Below the pieces are notes generated by a model that saw nothing but the letters and a program-made list of their open reading frames with translations, was not told the origin of the DNA and did no database searches. This document shows positions 12,075-22,547 of a DNA stretch of 36,737 nucleotides, in pieces. This DNA comes from Octopus bimaculoides (Eukaryota), in contig NC_068987.1 in the NCBI RefSeq assembly GCF_001194135.2, forward strand, positions 54,617,160 to 54,653,896, read 5' to 3'. The stretch's first letter is position 1. Each line of letters starts with the position of its first letter. The position numbers and the translations under genes are program-made.

Positions 12075-12329
12075 CATCCAAGAAAGTTAGGGGTTGTGAA
12101 TCCAACCCACTAAGGAATAATATCTATCAGCAGTAAGACATTGTCCCTTCTTCGGTCACTAGATGTCCTTTTTAATTTTTTATTTCTGATATGACATAAT
12201 ATGCCATATGTGTTTGTATATTGGTTTTATTGTCCTGTCCTCTTAGTTGAAAAATAAACAGGTAAATTGACATAATACAATGTCTGCAAGTTGATGAGTA
12301 CCACATATTCCCCTCCATTTCCTTATTGC

Positions 12330-12355
<26 letters not shown>

Positions 12356-12360
<5 letters not shown>

Positions 12361-12770
12361 AAGAAAATGGAGAGTGCGAACACAGAAAAAATCAATTTAT
12401 TATATAGCAATCAATTTGATGCCACCTATGCACGTTTCAATTTTTCACCTTCATTCATATTTTGCAATTAAAATTGCATTATGAATTTAAAAGGTTAAAG
12501 TCTCTTCAGGGCAAAATTAACATATATTCATTTACATCCTAAAGGTTGGAGAGTACCTTACTGACAGTCAGTAATGTACTCTCCATCCTATAGGATGTGA
12601 ATGAATGTATGTCAATTTTGCCCTGAAGAGATTTCTACCTTTTAAATTCATAATGCAATTTTAATTGCAAAATATGAATAAAGGTGAAAAATTGAAACGT
12701 GCATAGGTGACATGAAATTATATAATAGATTATATTTTTTCTGTGTTCATACTGTCCATTTTCTTCATAT
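12356..12770. repeat. ~415 bp fold-back palindrome centred at 12566
   Basis: Centre TTACTGAC-A-GTCAGTAA. Arms align out to ATATAAAGAAAATGGA / TCCATTTTCTTCATAT with scattered mismatches. Confidence 0.9.
12616..12710 (+). ncRNA. Possible degenerate hammerhead (family E) with long stem II; mirror copy in the left arm
   Basis: TTTTGCC-CTGAAGA-[GATTT..TACCTTT..ATTCATA..TGCAATT / AATTGCA..TATGAAT..AAAGGTG..AAATT]-GAA-ACGTGCAT-A-GGTG. Stems I and III are weak. Confidence 0.4.
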
Positions 12771-12999
12771 CATACTATTAAAATTTTGTTCTTCTATATC
12801 AAATAGACGAAAACATCTATAATGACAACTGGAACTTCATAAGTGTTAAGCTCTGACGTTGGAGAAGAACCACCAATAAACACCAATACTAACACAAAAT
12901 AACAAATTCCGGGAAAATTAATCAATACAGAACTGAACCAGTGTACGCTTGGATGAAATACATCCCTGTTGAAAGAACAAACTCTTTCCATTCGAAACA

Positions 13000-13450
<451 letters not shown>

Positions 13451-13605
13451 AGCAGTCAGATAAGTAGACAGACGGACAGACAGATGGGGATTGTGCATGT
13501 GTTTTGGTCATTTCAGAAGCAAAACGTATTTTTGTAAAAACCTACTCAAAGTAGGTGAGAAGTGTAATAATGTTTAGATCTGTAGTTACATTTGATCTGT
13601 ATAGT

Positions 13606-13612
13606 TTATTAC

Positions 13613-13672
<60 letters not shown>

Positions 13673-13715
13673 TACTACTACTACTTCTATTATTATTGTT
13701 GTTGTTGGTGTTGTT
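13606..13715. repeat. (ATT)n/(ACT)n microsatellite
   Basis: Directly visible. Confidence 0.95.
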
Positions 13716-13759
13716 ATTTTCTTATAAAACCATTATTATTCTTTTTTTAACACATGAGA

Positions 13760-14325
13760 CACAGCACTCTCCAGACATTGTACTTGTGTCTCCAGACAAG
13801 TCAATTCCATGAATGTGTTTCTTTACAAAGAAAATAGAGTTCTTCCTGCAGAAGCTCCCCACAATGTCTCCTGGCTTGCTTACACTGCTGCTTTTTCGCC
13901 CAGCTGCTGGCTGCAGTGATTTATATGCAAGAAACACCCACCAGTCTTGCCATCAGATGTGCAATCTCTAAGTTCGGATTCAGAAATATTAACCCAATTC
14001 TTTTTTCAAATTGAAGCCAGCCATGTCTGCATTCATGTTCATTGCTACAACAGATTCAGCACCTTTAATGAAAGCTCTCACTCACTTTCTGTCTATCGTC
14101 TGTATTACTTTGAATTTCTTGATGTCCAACTGCTCAACCAGCTTCACTGCAATACTGTAAGATTCTACACCTTAGACAAAGATTGTTACAACAGAATCAC
14201 TACTGGATAAATCACTTTGGCACTAGTACCTCAAGATCTGTATCTTTTGCAACTCTTAGACATTTCCTTTCACTAACAGATGATGGTTTACAATTTGTAT
14301 CAATTTTATATGACAGTTTTGATGG
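13760..14325 (-). pseudogene. Probable pogo/Tigger transposase remnant (CENP-B HTH region)
   Basis: Minus strand SVSERKCLRVAKDTDLEVLVPK*FIQ resembles the pogo/Tigger RKRLRxAKYxDLExALxxWFxQ motif. Downstream frames are broken. Confidence 0.45.
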
Positions 14326-14500
14326 CACAGACATATGTGTATGGTTAAGAAGCTTGCTTTGTAACCATGTGGCTTCAGGTTCAATCTCACTCTGAGCCAC
14401 CTTGAGCTACTGTCTACAACTATAGCCCTATGCCAACCAATGCCTTATGAGTGAATTTGGTAGATGGAAACCATGTACAAGTCCACTGTATATATGTGTG
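14325..14500 (+). mobile_element. CORE-type SINE 5' half
   Basis: GGCACAGACATATGTGTATGGTTAAGAAGCTTGCTT...GTGAATTTGGTAGATGGAAAC. Confidence 0.75.
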
Positions 14501-14769
14501 TGTATGTGTGCGTGTGTGTATATATATATATGTGTATATATATAAATATATTTGATTATATGTATTTAGTTTCTCTTAGTTAACAATTAACTCCGACAAA
14601 ACAAATTGGTTAATAGATACCAGGGTAGAAAACATCACAAAATGACTGTGGTATAACTCCTGTTTACGAGGTAGAAACTCCCTGTTAGTTTGGGGTATTT
14701 GAGTAAATATAAAATTTATACTACATTTATTAAATTTTATATATAAATATATGTATATTTTTGTCTTGC

Positions 14770-15071
14770 AAGCACTTGGTGACCTTGTCTGTGCAGGTGT
14801 CACTTATAAGCATCTGATCCACACTGTAAAGTGGTTGGTGTTCAGAAGGGCATCCAGCTGTAAAAACCTTGCTAAAACTGACCTCGCCTGTGCTTGTGCC
14901 ATGTAAAAAGCACTTTGCTGAGTGCTTGGTGTTAGGAAGGGCATCCAGCTGTAAAAATCCTGCCAAAACAGTCACAGTAGTCTGGTGCAGGCTATAGCCT
15001 GGCTGGCTGTTGTGAAACTGTCACATCCATGCTAGCATGGAAGGCAGACGTTAAACAATGATGATGATGAT

Positions 15072-15075
<4 letters not shown>
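14770..15075 (+). mobile_element. RTE-tail SINE-like repeat
   Basis: GGTTGGTGTT(C)AGAAGGGCATCCAGCTGTAAAAA occurs twice; ends CCATGCTAGCATGGAAGGCAGACGTTAAAC-(ATG)n. Confidence 0.8.
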
Positions 15076-15130
<55 letters not shown>

Positions 15131-15485
15131 TAGTGTGTGTACTGCTCCATGATGATAAGATCAACTAAAAAGAAGTACTCCATCTGGTGAGAGATAAATA
15201 TTATATATTTATATATGTTTTTAGGTTCTGCTATTAGTTTCATGTGCTGAGAGCATGCCAGACAGTATTTTTTAAAACGTTTAGTGTCTTAGCAAAATCA
15301 TCAGGCACAGCTCACATAGCATAGTGAACTAAAAATGGGACAAGAAGAAGAGAGAAAATGCGAGTAAAGGCAAGAAAGTAGATATAAAAGGTGGAAGGTT
15401 GAAAAACTGGAAGATGAAGAAGAAAACAGAAAGAAGCAAAAATAGGGAATTAGAGTTGTTTCCCATTAGACCATAAAATATAAGG

Positions 15486-15553
15486 CTGAAAAGATAGTGG
15501 CTTAGAGTTTGTGGTACAGTTCTACCGCAGACTCTAAGCCACTATCTTTTCAG
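15486..15553. repeat. 31-bp-arm hairpin (fold-back at the end of the Penelope RT fragment)
   Basis: CTGAAAAGATAGTGGCTTAGAGTTTGTGGTA - CAGTTC - TACCGCAGACTCTAAGCCACTATCTTTTCAG. Confidence 0.92.
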
Positions 15554-15740
15554 TACCGCATTATATTGGGGTGTGGAGTTTAAAGATTCTTCTGATGACA
15601 CTTGTGTCTAAGTTTCTAATTATAGCTTGGGGTGGTTGGAATTTCTATGGATATAAACAATTTCCTCAATGGGAGTTCTATAGCAGTAGTCCTTGCTTGT
15701 CTTAAAGTCTAGGATTACATTCAGGAAGTTCATCTTTATT
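15535..15740 (-). pseudogene. Penelope-like element reverse transcriptase fragment (palm end/thumb)
   Basis: Minus strand KMNFLNVILDFKTSKDYCYRTPIEEIVYIHRNSNHPKL*...STPQYNAVLK(DSGF) matches the PLE pattern FLDVxL...PYRKP...YIHxxSNHP...PxYNxALKxSGY. Confidence 0.8.
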
Positions 15741-15855
15741 AAGATTAACTTTCTGGATGAAATGTTATAACTATTTTATTGGTACATACATAAAATACAG
15801 CTTTATTTACATTATTTCCATTTGACAGATATTTGTCCTCATCTTGTTTGTTGTT

Positions 15856-15900
15856 ATCAAAAAGTATCAGCTGTATACCCTCCAGCCTTCATCAGGTGTC
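15856..15900 (-). ncRNA. Hammerhead family A, copy 3 (decayed)
   Basis: Minus strand GACAC-CTGATGA-A-GGCTG(gagggtata)CAGCT-GATA-CTTTTTGAT. GAAA and stem III are mutated. Confidence 0.6.
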
Positions 15901-15955
15901 TTCAGAAAATTTCAAACCTGGGTTCTCATTCCTAAGGTATTTTCCTATATTATTA

Positions 15956-15992
<37 letters not shown>

Positions 15993-16007
15993 CATTATTA
16001 TTATTCA

Positions 16008-16080
16008 GGTCACTGCCTGGAATCAAACTCAGAATCTTGGGGTTAGTAGCCCGCGCTCTTAACCACTACGCCATATGCCC
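16008..16080 (-). mobile_element. tRNA-derived SINE head
   Basis: Minus strand GGGCATATGGCGTAGTGGTTAAGAGCGCGGGCTACTAACCCCAAGATTCTGAGTTTGATTCCAGGCAGTGACC. A box intact, B box with one change, ACT at the anticodon position, anticodon stem imperfect. Confidence 0.78.
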
Positions 16081-16099
16081 AGGTTTGAAATTTTCTCAA

Positions 16100-16145
16100 G
16101 GCACCTGATGAAGGCTGGTGGGTATATCAGCCAAAACGTTGTGTT
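16100..16145 (+). ncRNA. Hammerhead family A, copy 4 (closest to consensus)
   Basis: GGCAC-CTGATGA-A-GGCTG(gtgggtatat)CAGCC-AAA-ACGT-T-GTGTT. G12 to A is the only core change. Confidence 0.78.
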
Positions 16146-16648
16146 AACAACAAACAAGATGAGAAGAAATATCCGTCAAATGTAAATACTGTAAATAATG
16201 TAGATAATGTCCATAATTCCTCATCTCTTAAATTTAGAACTGTAAAATACAACCATTTGAAATATTAATTCTATGGAAATAGAAATCATTTAATGTTGAG
16301 TCATTCTTGTCTAAGAAGGCAGCTTCATACTTGTTACCTTCTATCTGATTGCCATGCCCAACCCATCATATTCCTAACATATTTTCCATTTATCTCTTTT
16401 TCTATTGTTGCTTCAAATTCTTCTTTTCTATTGCAATGGCCACCCACATTCTCTATTTCAAAAATCACCTATGTTTTGTAAATACCATAAACTGCATTCC
16501 AGTTTTTAGTTACTTACATAATCAGTGTTAAGTAGGCAAAAATCACTGAGCAATAACTGAGAGTATTCTCAACATGTTTATAAATAATTCTGTATTGAAT
16601 GCCTTTTCCTGTTGCTTTTAAATTCAGATACACACACACACACATACA

Positions 16649-16651
<3 letters not shown>

Positions 16652-16711
<60 letters not shown>

Positions 16712-16890
16712 ATGCGTGTATGTGTGTGTGTACTTGGTGCAGTTCTCTGACTTGCCAGCTCCTGTCAAATTGTCCAATCCATGCCAGACATTGAAAACAG
16801 ACATTGAAAACAGACATTGAATGATGATGATGACGACGACGACGACGAAGATGATGATGATGATAATGGTGGTGATGATGATGATGATGA
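16652..16890. repeat. (TG)n followed by an RTE-type tail fragment and (GAT)n
   Basis: Directly visible; CAGACATTGAAAA repeated about three times before (GAT)n. Confidence 0.8.
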
Positions 16891-16939
16891 CAGTTGCATC
16901 AAAGTACAGTCACGTTTTCCATAAATTGGCGCATATCAC

Positions 16940-17355
16940 AAAAGAGACGACAAAGAACCATGATATTAGGTGCAAGCATAGTTGTGTCATTAACAAGTTC
17001 CAACCATGTGCCCTTGAGTTCAGTCCCTCCTGCACAGCACCTTAGGCAAGTATCTTCTACTATATCTCCAGGCCAACCAAAGTGGATTTGGTAGACAGAA
17101 ACTGAAGGTGGTGAGCTGGTAGAAACGTTAGCACACAAGGCGAAATGCTTAGTGGTATTTCATCTGCTGTTACGTTGAGTTCAAATTCCGCCGAGGTCGA
17201 CTTTGCCTTTCATCCTTTCGGGATCGATAAATTAAGTACCAGTTACACACTGGGGTCGATACAATCGACTTAATCCGTTTGTCTGTCTTTGTTTGTCCCC
17301 TCTATGTTTAGCCCCTTGTGGGCAATAAAGAAATAAGAAACTGAAAGAGGCCCAT
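16940..17355 (+). mobile_element. CORE-type SINE 5' half interrupted by a second SINE
   Basis: SINE sequence stops at AGAAACTGAA (17097-17106) and resumes at AGAAACTGAAAGAGGCCC (17336 onward). Confidence 0.8.
17107..17335 (+). mobile_element. Full-length second-family tRNA SINE (Meta-domain-like) with 10-bp TSD
   Basis: GGTGAGCTGGTAGAAACG...GAGTTCAAATTCCGCCGAGGTCGACTTTGCCTTTCATCCTTTCGGGATCGATAAATTAAGTACCAG...GGCAATAAAGAAATA, flanked by AGAAACTGAA direct repeats. Confidence 0.88.
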
Positions 17356-17749
17356 TATATATAGTGTTTATTAAACAGCTCTGTCTAACCATATTCCTTC
17401 TTGTTGACTCTATTTTATTCAATTTTATTTTCACACACGATGAATGCCTAAACCTAGACTTGGAAGCATACCATAATACTACAAGCTATTTGGTAATTCT
17501 AAGGGTGAACGAGCTCTACTACATTCCTAACGAAATACACCCTAAATATATACATATGTATATATCTATGAGTATGTTTGTATTTGTCCCAACCACTGCT
17601 TGACAATTGCTGATTTGTTTACTACCCCATAACTTAGTAGACTGGCAGAAAAGATCAATTACATAAGTACCAGGTTTGAAAAAGAAATACTAGAGTTGAT
17701 TTACATTATTTACATTTGACAGATATTTGTCCTCATCATGTTTGTTGTT

Positions 17750-17792
17750 AACACGTTTCGGCTGATATACCTCCCAGCCTTTATCAAGTGTA
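17750..17792 (-). ncRNA. Hammerhead family A, copy 5 (decayed)
   Basis: Minus strand TACAC-TTGATAA-A-GGCTG(ggaggtatat)CAGCC-GAAACGTGTT. Core mutated and 2 nt deleted. Confidence 0.55.
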
Positions 17793-17847
17793 TTGGTGAA
17801 ATTTCGAACCTGGGTTCTCATTCCTAAGGTATTTTTCGATGTTATTG

Positions 17848-17904
<57 letters not shown>

Positions 17905-18069
17905 TTATTATTAATATTATTATTATTATTATCATTATTATTATTCACCCACGATGAATGCCTAAACCTAGACTTGGAAGTATGCCATAATACTACAGGC
18001 TATTTGATAATCCTAAAGGTGAATGAGTTCTACTACATTCCTAACAGAATACACCTTAAATGTATCCCA

Positions 18070-18115
18070 GACACCTGATGAAGGCTGGAGGGTATGTCAA
18101 CCGAAACATTGTGTT
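18070..18115 (+). ncRNA. Hammerhead family A, copy 6
   Basis: GACAC-CTGATGA-A-GGCTG(gagggtatgt)CAACC-GAA-ACAT-T-GTGTT. Core intact; stem II mismatch and ACGT changed to ACAT. Confidence 0.72.
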
Positions 18116-18594
18116 AACAACAAAACAAGATGAGGACAAAAAATATCCGTCAAATGTAAATAATATAAATAATGTACATAATTCCTCATCTCTTAAATAT
18201 AGAACTGAAGAGTTGATTTGTTCGACTAAACTCTTCAAAGTGGTGCCCCAACATGACCCCAGTTCAAATACTGAAACAAATAAAAGATAAAATTGGTAAT
18301 ACATGGTGTTGAAGAAGATATGCTCACCAAGGCAAATGCAGAAAAATATTTATTATATAAAAGTGACAGAACGTATAAATGGCATTCCATTGGTTACGAG
18401 TCATTCTTTTCTAAGAAGCCAGCCTCTTACCTTTACCTCTTGTTACCTTCTATCTAATTGCCATGTCCAACCCACCATATTCCTAACATAATTTCCTTTT
18501 ATTTCTTTTTACTATATGTGCTTCAAATACTTCTATTCTATTGCCATGGCCACCTACATACATTCTTTATTTCAAAAACTACATATTTTGTCTT

Positions 18595-18797
18595 TTTATT
18601 TTTTTACTTGTTTCAATCATCTAATTGCAACCATGCTGAAGTACCACCTTTAGTCGAACCAATCGACCCTAGGACTTATTCTTTGGAAGCCTAGTACTTA
18701 TTCTATTAGTCTCTTTTGCCAAACTACTAAGTTATGGGAACGTAAACACAACAACATCAGTTGGTGGGGGGGGGGCAAACACAGACACATAAATACA
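18595..18797 (-). mobile_element. CORE-type SINE 3' half (host of the Helitron insertion)
   Basis: Reverse-complement match to the SINE tail up to the internal microsatellite. Confidence 0.85.
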
Positions 18798-19960
18798 TCT
18801 ATATACATAAATGTATAATGGTGTCCGTCTGTGTGTATGTTTGGTGTTACTTTAACTCCTCCCACACCATCCAACCAATTTTAATGATTTTTGGCACATA
18901 GATAGATCACATGCCCTGAAGTTCAAATAAGGCTGGAATTTTTTGAAAACTCGATAATGCTCAGTTGGCATCGATTTTTGTGAGCTCAATTGGGCGTTTA
19001 AATGGAAATTTCCATAGCGCTGTTATTTTTCCTGCAGCTTTTGCATTTTTTGTCTGATTTTGATGAAAAGCAATGAGTGAGCGAGGCTCATGGGAGTGAG
19101 TTGATGTCAGTATATGGCGTTGACAAGAAATCGATAATTGCGCCTGAGCAGTGGTTTTATAAAATCAATAGGCTTTTTGCGTGCAAATACCCATAGGGAT
19201 TTTATTTTTGGCCAAAACTTTTATATTTTTTATCCGATTTTAATGAAATTTAAGATGTAGGTAAATCTTGTGGGTGGGGGGAGACGGTAAATGTGTTTAT
19301 TTAAGTCAAAATGGCTTGAAAAGGGCACAAATGCAAATAAGCTTTTCCTTAGAGACAATCTTAATGATTTTGTAAAAATTTTACACATGATTACAGTTCA
19401 TGTCCATTAGGTGATACCAGCTTAAAGAGTTGACAAAAAAATCGGTAATTGCACGTGAGCTGGGGATTTAAAGAAATCAATAGGCTTTTTGTATGCAATT
19501 ACCTATCGGATTAATATTTTATGCTGTAACTTTTACAGAATTCATCCGATTTTGATGAAATTTGAGATTTAGGTAAAGTTTATGGTCAGAGTCATGTAGT
19601 AGAATTAAAATTAAGCTGGTGAAAGGCAGAAATCGTCAAAATTCACTTACAATAAATAATGAACTGATTTTGAAGAAAATTGACCCATGAGTAAAATTAA
19701 GCACTTCGACATAGGAAACATTGATTATTCTTATAATGTATTGAAATTTAAAGTCAGTCGGATATTTTCATGCAAATGGTTACATGGATTCTATTTTATG
19801 ACATAACCTTAACACTTTTCTTTGGATTTTGCTGAGATTGGACACACTAATCAATTTTGTACAGAGGATGACATTAAGGGGAGAAAAATAAACAAACAAC
19901 AGTCTCAACGGGTCAAGACACATCCAAAAGTTTGACTGTGATTTCCTACAGACAGTCTAG
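18798..19960 (+). mobile_element. Complete non-autonomous Helitron
   Basis: Starts A|TCTATATACATAAA...GTCCGTCTGTGTGT and ends CTAG|T with a GACTGT/ACAGTC hairpin at the 3' end. Internal CCGATTTT(A/G)ATGAAATTT motifs lie in a ~310-bp-period duplication (19128-19270 / 19438-19580). No ORF. Confidence 0.78.
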
Positions 19961-20071
19961 TATGTAGGTGTATGTTGAAAGCGTTAACCAGGTAAAATCC
20001 CTGCTGAACCAGAGATAACATCTTAATGGTTAATAGTTGGCATAGGGAACATAGAAGATTTCAATACAAGG

Positions 20072-20214
20072 TCCTTTCTAGGTGAATATAGTCTTTCTAC
20101 TTCTACCCTTGGATGAAGTCCTCCATTCATATTGAATTCCTTCCTGGTAATTATTATTATTATTTTATATTTGACTTTTGTTTTGCATTTGTACAAGTTG
20201 GATCCAAGTCTCAC
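20072..20214 (-). repeat. 143-bp exact duplicate of 21601-21743
   Basis: Base-by-base identical by eye; spans the junction of two R4-like fragments. Confidence 0.9.
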
Positions 20215-20272
20215 TTAACTTCAACACAGAAAACATGAGCAATGCTGGGTCCAACAGCTGGTACACACACAC

Positions 20273-20305
<33 letters not shown>

Positions 20306-20691
20306 NNNNNNNNNNNNNNNNNNNNNNNNNNNNNNNNNNNNNNNNNNNNNNNNNNNNNNNNNNNNNNNNNNNNNNNNNNNNNNNNNNNNNNNNNNNNNNN
20401 NNNNNNNNNNNNNNNNNNNNNNNNNNNNNNNNNNNNNNNNNNNNNNNNNNNNNNNNNNNNNNNNNNNNNNNNNNNNNNNNNNNNNNNNNNNNNNNNNNNN
20501 NNNNNNNNNNNNNNNNNNNNNNNNNNNNNNNNNNNNNNNNNNNNNNNNNNNNNNNNNNNNNNNNNNNNNNNNNNNNNNNNNNNNNNNNNNNNNNNNNNNN
20601 NNNNTATATATATATCAGGCTTCTTTCAGTTTCTCTCTACCAAATGCACTCACAAAGCTTTGGTCAACCCAAAGCTATAGTAGAAGACACT

Positions 20692-21678
20692 TGACCTTAA
20701 TAATACTGTTTTCTGGAGATGCACAAAACTAGGTTTTATGCCTATTTCCTCTATCCATCTGCTCAAATTTTTAGCGATAGTTCTTAATGCACCAATGACT
20801 ACAGGGATACATGTTACTAGTAGTTTCCATAGCCTTTGTAACACAATGGCTAGGTCCTGTTGCATTACTATTTTCTCTATACCTCTCATATGGACTTTCT
20901 CATCATTTGGAACTGTAAAGTCAATTACCTGATACTTTCTTTTTTCTTTGTCTGCTACTACTAAATTAGGCCTTCTAGCTTCTGTTACTCTGTCAGACTG
21001 AATGTTAAAGTCCTACAACATCTTATATTTCTTACTTTCTTGCACTTTACTAGGCTCAAGTTCATACTACTAATCAGTATGGTCAAATCGTAGCTTTCTA
21101 CAAAACTCCTAGTGGATTTTCTTCCTAGGTTGTCTTGTCTGTTCTTGCATTCTTTCTATGCTTGCATACTACATTCACTAAATATATAAGTAATACTTTT
21201 CTCTTTTGATTTGCATAACCTACATGAGAAATCTCCTTGACTTTTGTCTGTCTTGATTTTTATCCAATTAGCTCTCAATGCCTGGTCTTATGCTGCTACT
21301 GGCAAACTTTATATCTCCCTTTTTAGCCTTCCTTTCTGCAACCACAACTATGTCTCATATTTACTATTTTCTGCCACTATCTTTGGAAATCTACTATGAA
21401 AAGCTTTCCATTGCCAGTCAGATAATTTTGCTTTTCTTTTTTCTGGTTTTAATTTCATTTGGCATTTTGGTTTCCCTATCTCCTTCTGCTAATCTAATGC
21501 CTTTTAATGAAATTTGCTCCCTATTACCTACAAAGGAGGCTATATATCTACTCTAGCTAACTCCATGCAGTCTTCTACTGATATGAAGCCTCTACTACCT
21601 TCCTTTCTAGGTGAATATAGTCTTTCTACTTCTACCCTTGGATGAAGTCCTCCATTCATATTGAATTCCTTCCTGGTA
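20692..21678 (-). mobile_element. R4/Dong-like RLE non-LTR retrotransposon, 5'-truncated 3' portion (decayed)
   Basis: TRKEFNMNGGLHPRVEVERLYSPRKEGSRGFISVEDC at the 5' side; IDFTVPNDEKV...QDLAIVLQRLWK...IPVVIGALRT...LQKTVLL (RLE C-terminus) at the 3' side. Confidence 0.82.
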
Positions 21679-21975
21679 ATTATTATTATTATTTTATATT
21701 TGACTTTTGTTTTGCATTTGTACAAGTTGGATCCAAGTCTCACCCAGAGACCTCAAGAGACAACAAGTTAGAAGTTCATGTAGGTGTTATGCCTAGGGTA
21801 CCATATATTTGGATTTGTACAGTTTTGTTCAAGTGAATGTTTAAGAAACCATAAGAAAATTATGTGTTTGCTTTAAAACTTGAGATCACATAGACAGTAT
21901 TTTACGTAGGATATGGGCAGTTCCCATGAGCACTATCTTTTGAACTTCAGCCATTTTGGGGTTTCCTGGTAAACA
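21679..21975 (-). mobile_element. 3' end of a second R4-like LINE with (AAT)n tail
   Basis: Minus strand PGNPKMAEVQK/IVLMGTAHILRKILSM*, then a UTR ...GAGGTCTCTGGGTGAGACTTGGATCC...AAAATAATAATAATAAT. Confidence 0.75.
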
Positions 21976-21979
21976 AATA

Positions 21980-22547
21980 AAATGAAGTGGGGGGAAAAGG
22001 AAAGAAAATTCACAGCGACAATGCTCTTCTCAATATGTGTGATGTACCAGTTAAGACAATTTTTTGCACTTCCTGGCTCATCAAGCATGGCCGAAGTACA
22101 CTGCAGCCAACTGGACCAAATGATGCAGAAGCTTATGAAAAAACAGCCTAGATTAGTCAACAGATCCACTCCTATTTTATTGTAAGACAACACCAGACCA
22201 CACATCGCAAAAACGACAGTGGCGAACCCACAGGAGTTGGAGTTAGAGCTAGACGTTCTTCATCATCCACCATACTCACCTGATCTTGTCCCCACTGACT
22301 ACCACTTCTTCCAGAATTTGGATAACTCTTTGATAGGAAAAAATTAATTCTGACAATGCTATAAAACAGGCCTTCCAAGATTTTATTGACTAGATTTTCT
22401 GGGCTGGACAAGCTACTGCTGAAATGCTAAAAGTGTATTAACAATTTGGGTGTTTACTTTGATGATTAAAACTATTCTTTGTATTTATAAAACATCAGCA
22501 AACTTTTTTTTTTCTTTTCTGAAAATTTCATATTTGACAACCTAATA
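21980..22547 (+). pseudogene. mariner (DD34D) transposase 3' remnant with decayed right TIR
   Basis: AEVHCSQLDQMMQKLMKKQPRLVNRSTPILL*DNTRPHIAK...HPPYSPDLVPTDYHFFQNLDN; ends ...GACAACCTAA|TA. Confidence 0.9.

Larger units (their letters stand above)
15803..16242 (-). mobile_element. Composite element, locus 2: tRNA head - (AAT)n - HHR pLTR, plus inverted pLTR copy
   Basis: pLTR on minus 15803-15950, (ATT)n to 16006, tRNA-like on minus 16008-16080, inverted pLTR on plus 16081-16242. Confidence 0.82.
17700..18207. mobile_element. Composite element, locus 3: inverted HHR pLTR pair flanking (ATT)n plus a 120-bp non-tRNA spacer
   Basis: pLTR on minus 17700-17840, (ATT)n 17841-17945, spacer X 17946-18068 (second copy at 17431-17550), pLTR on plus 18069-18207. 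Confidence 0.8.
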
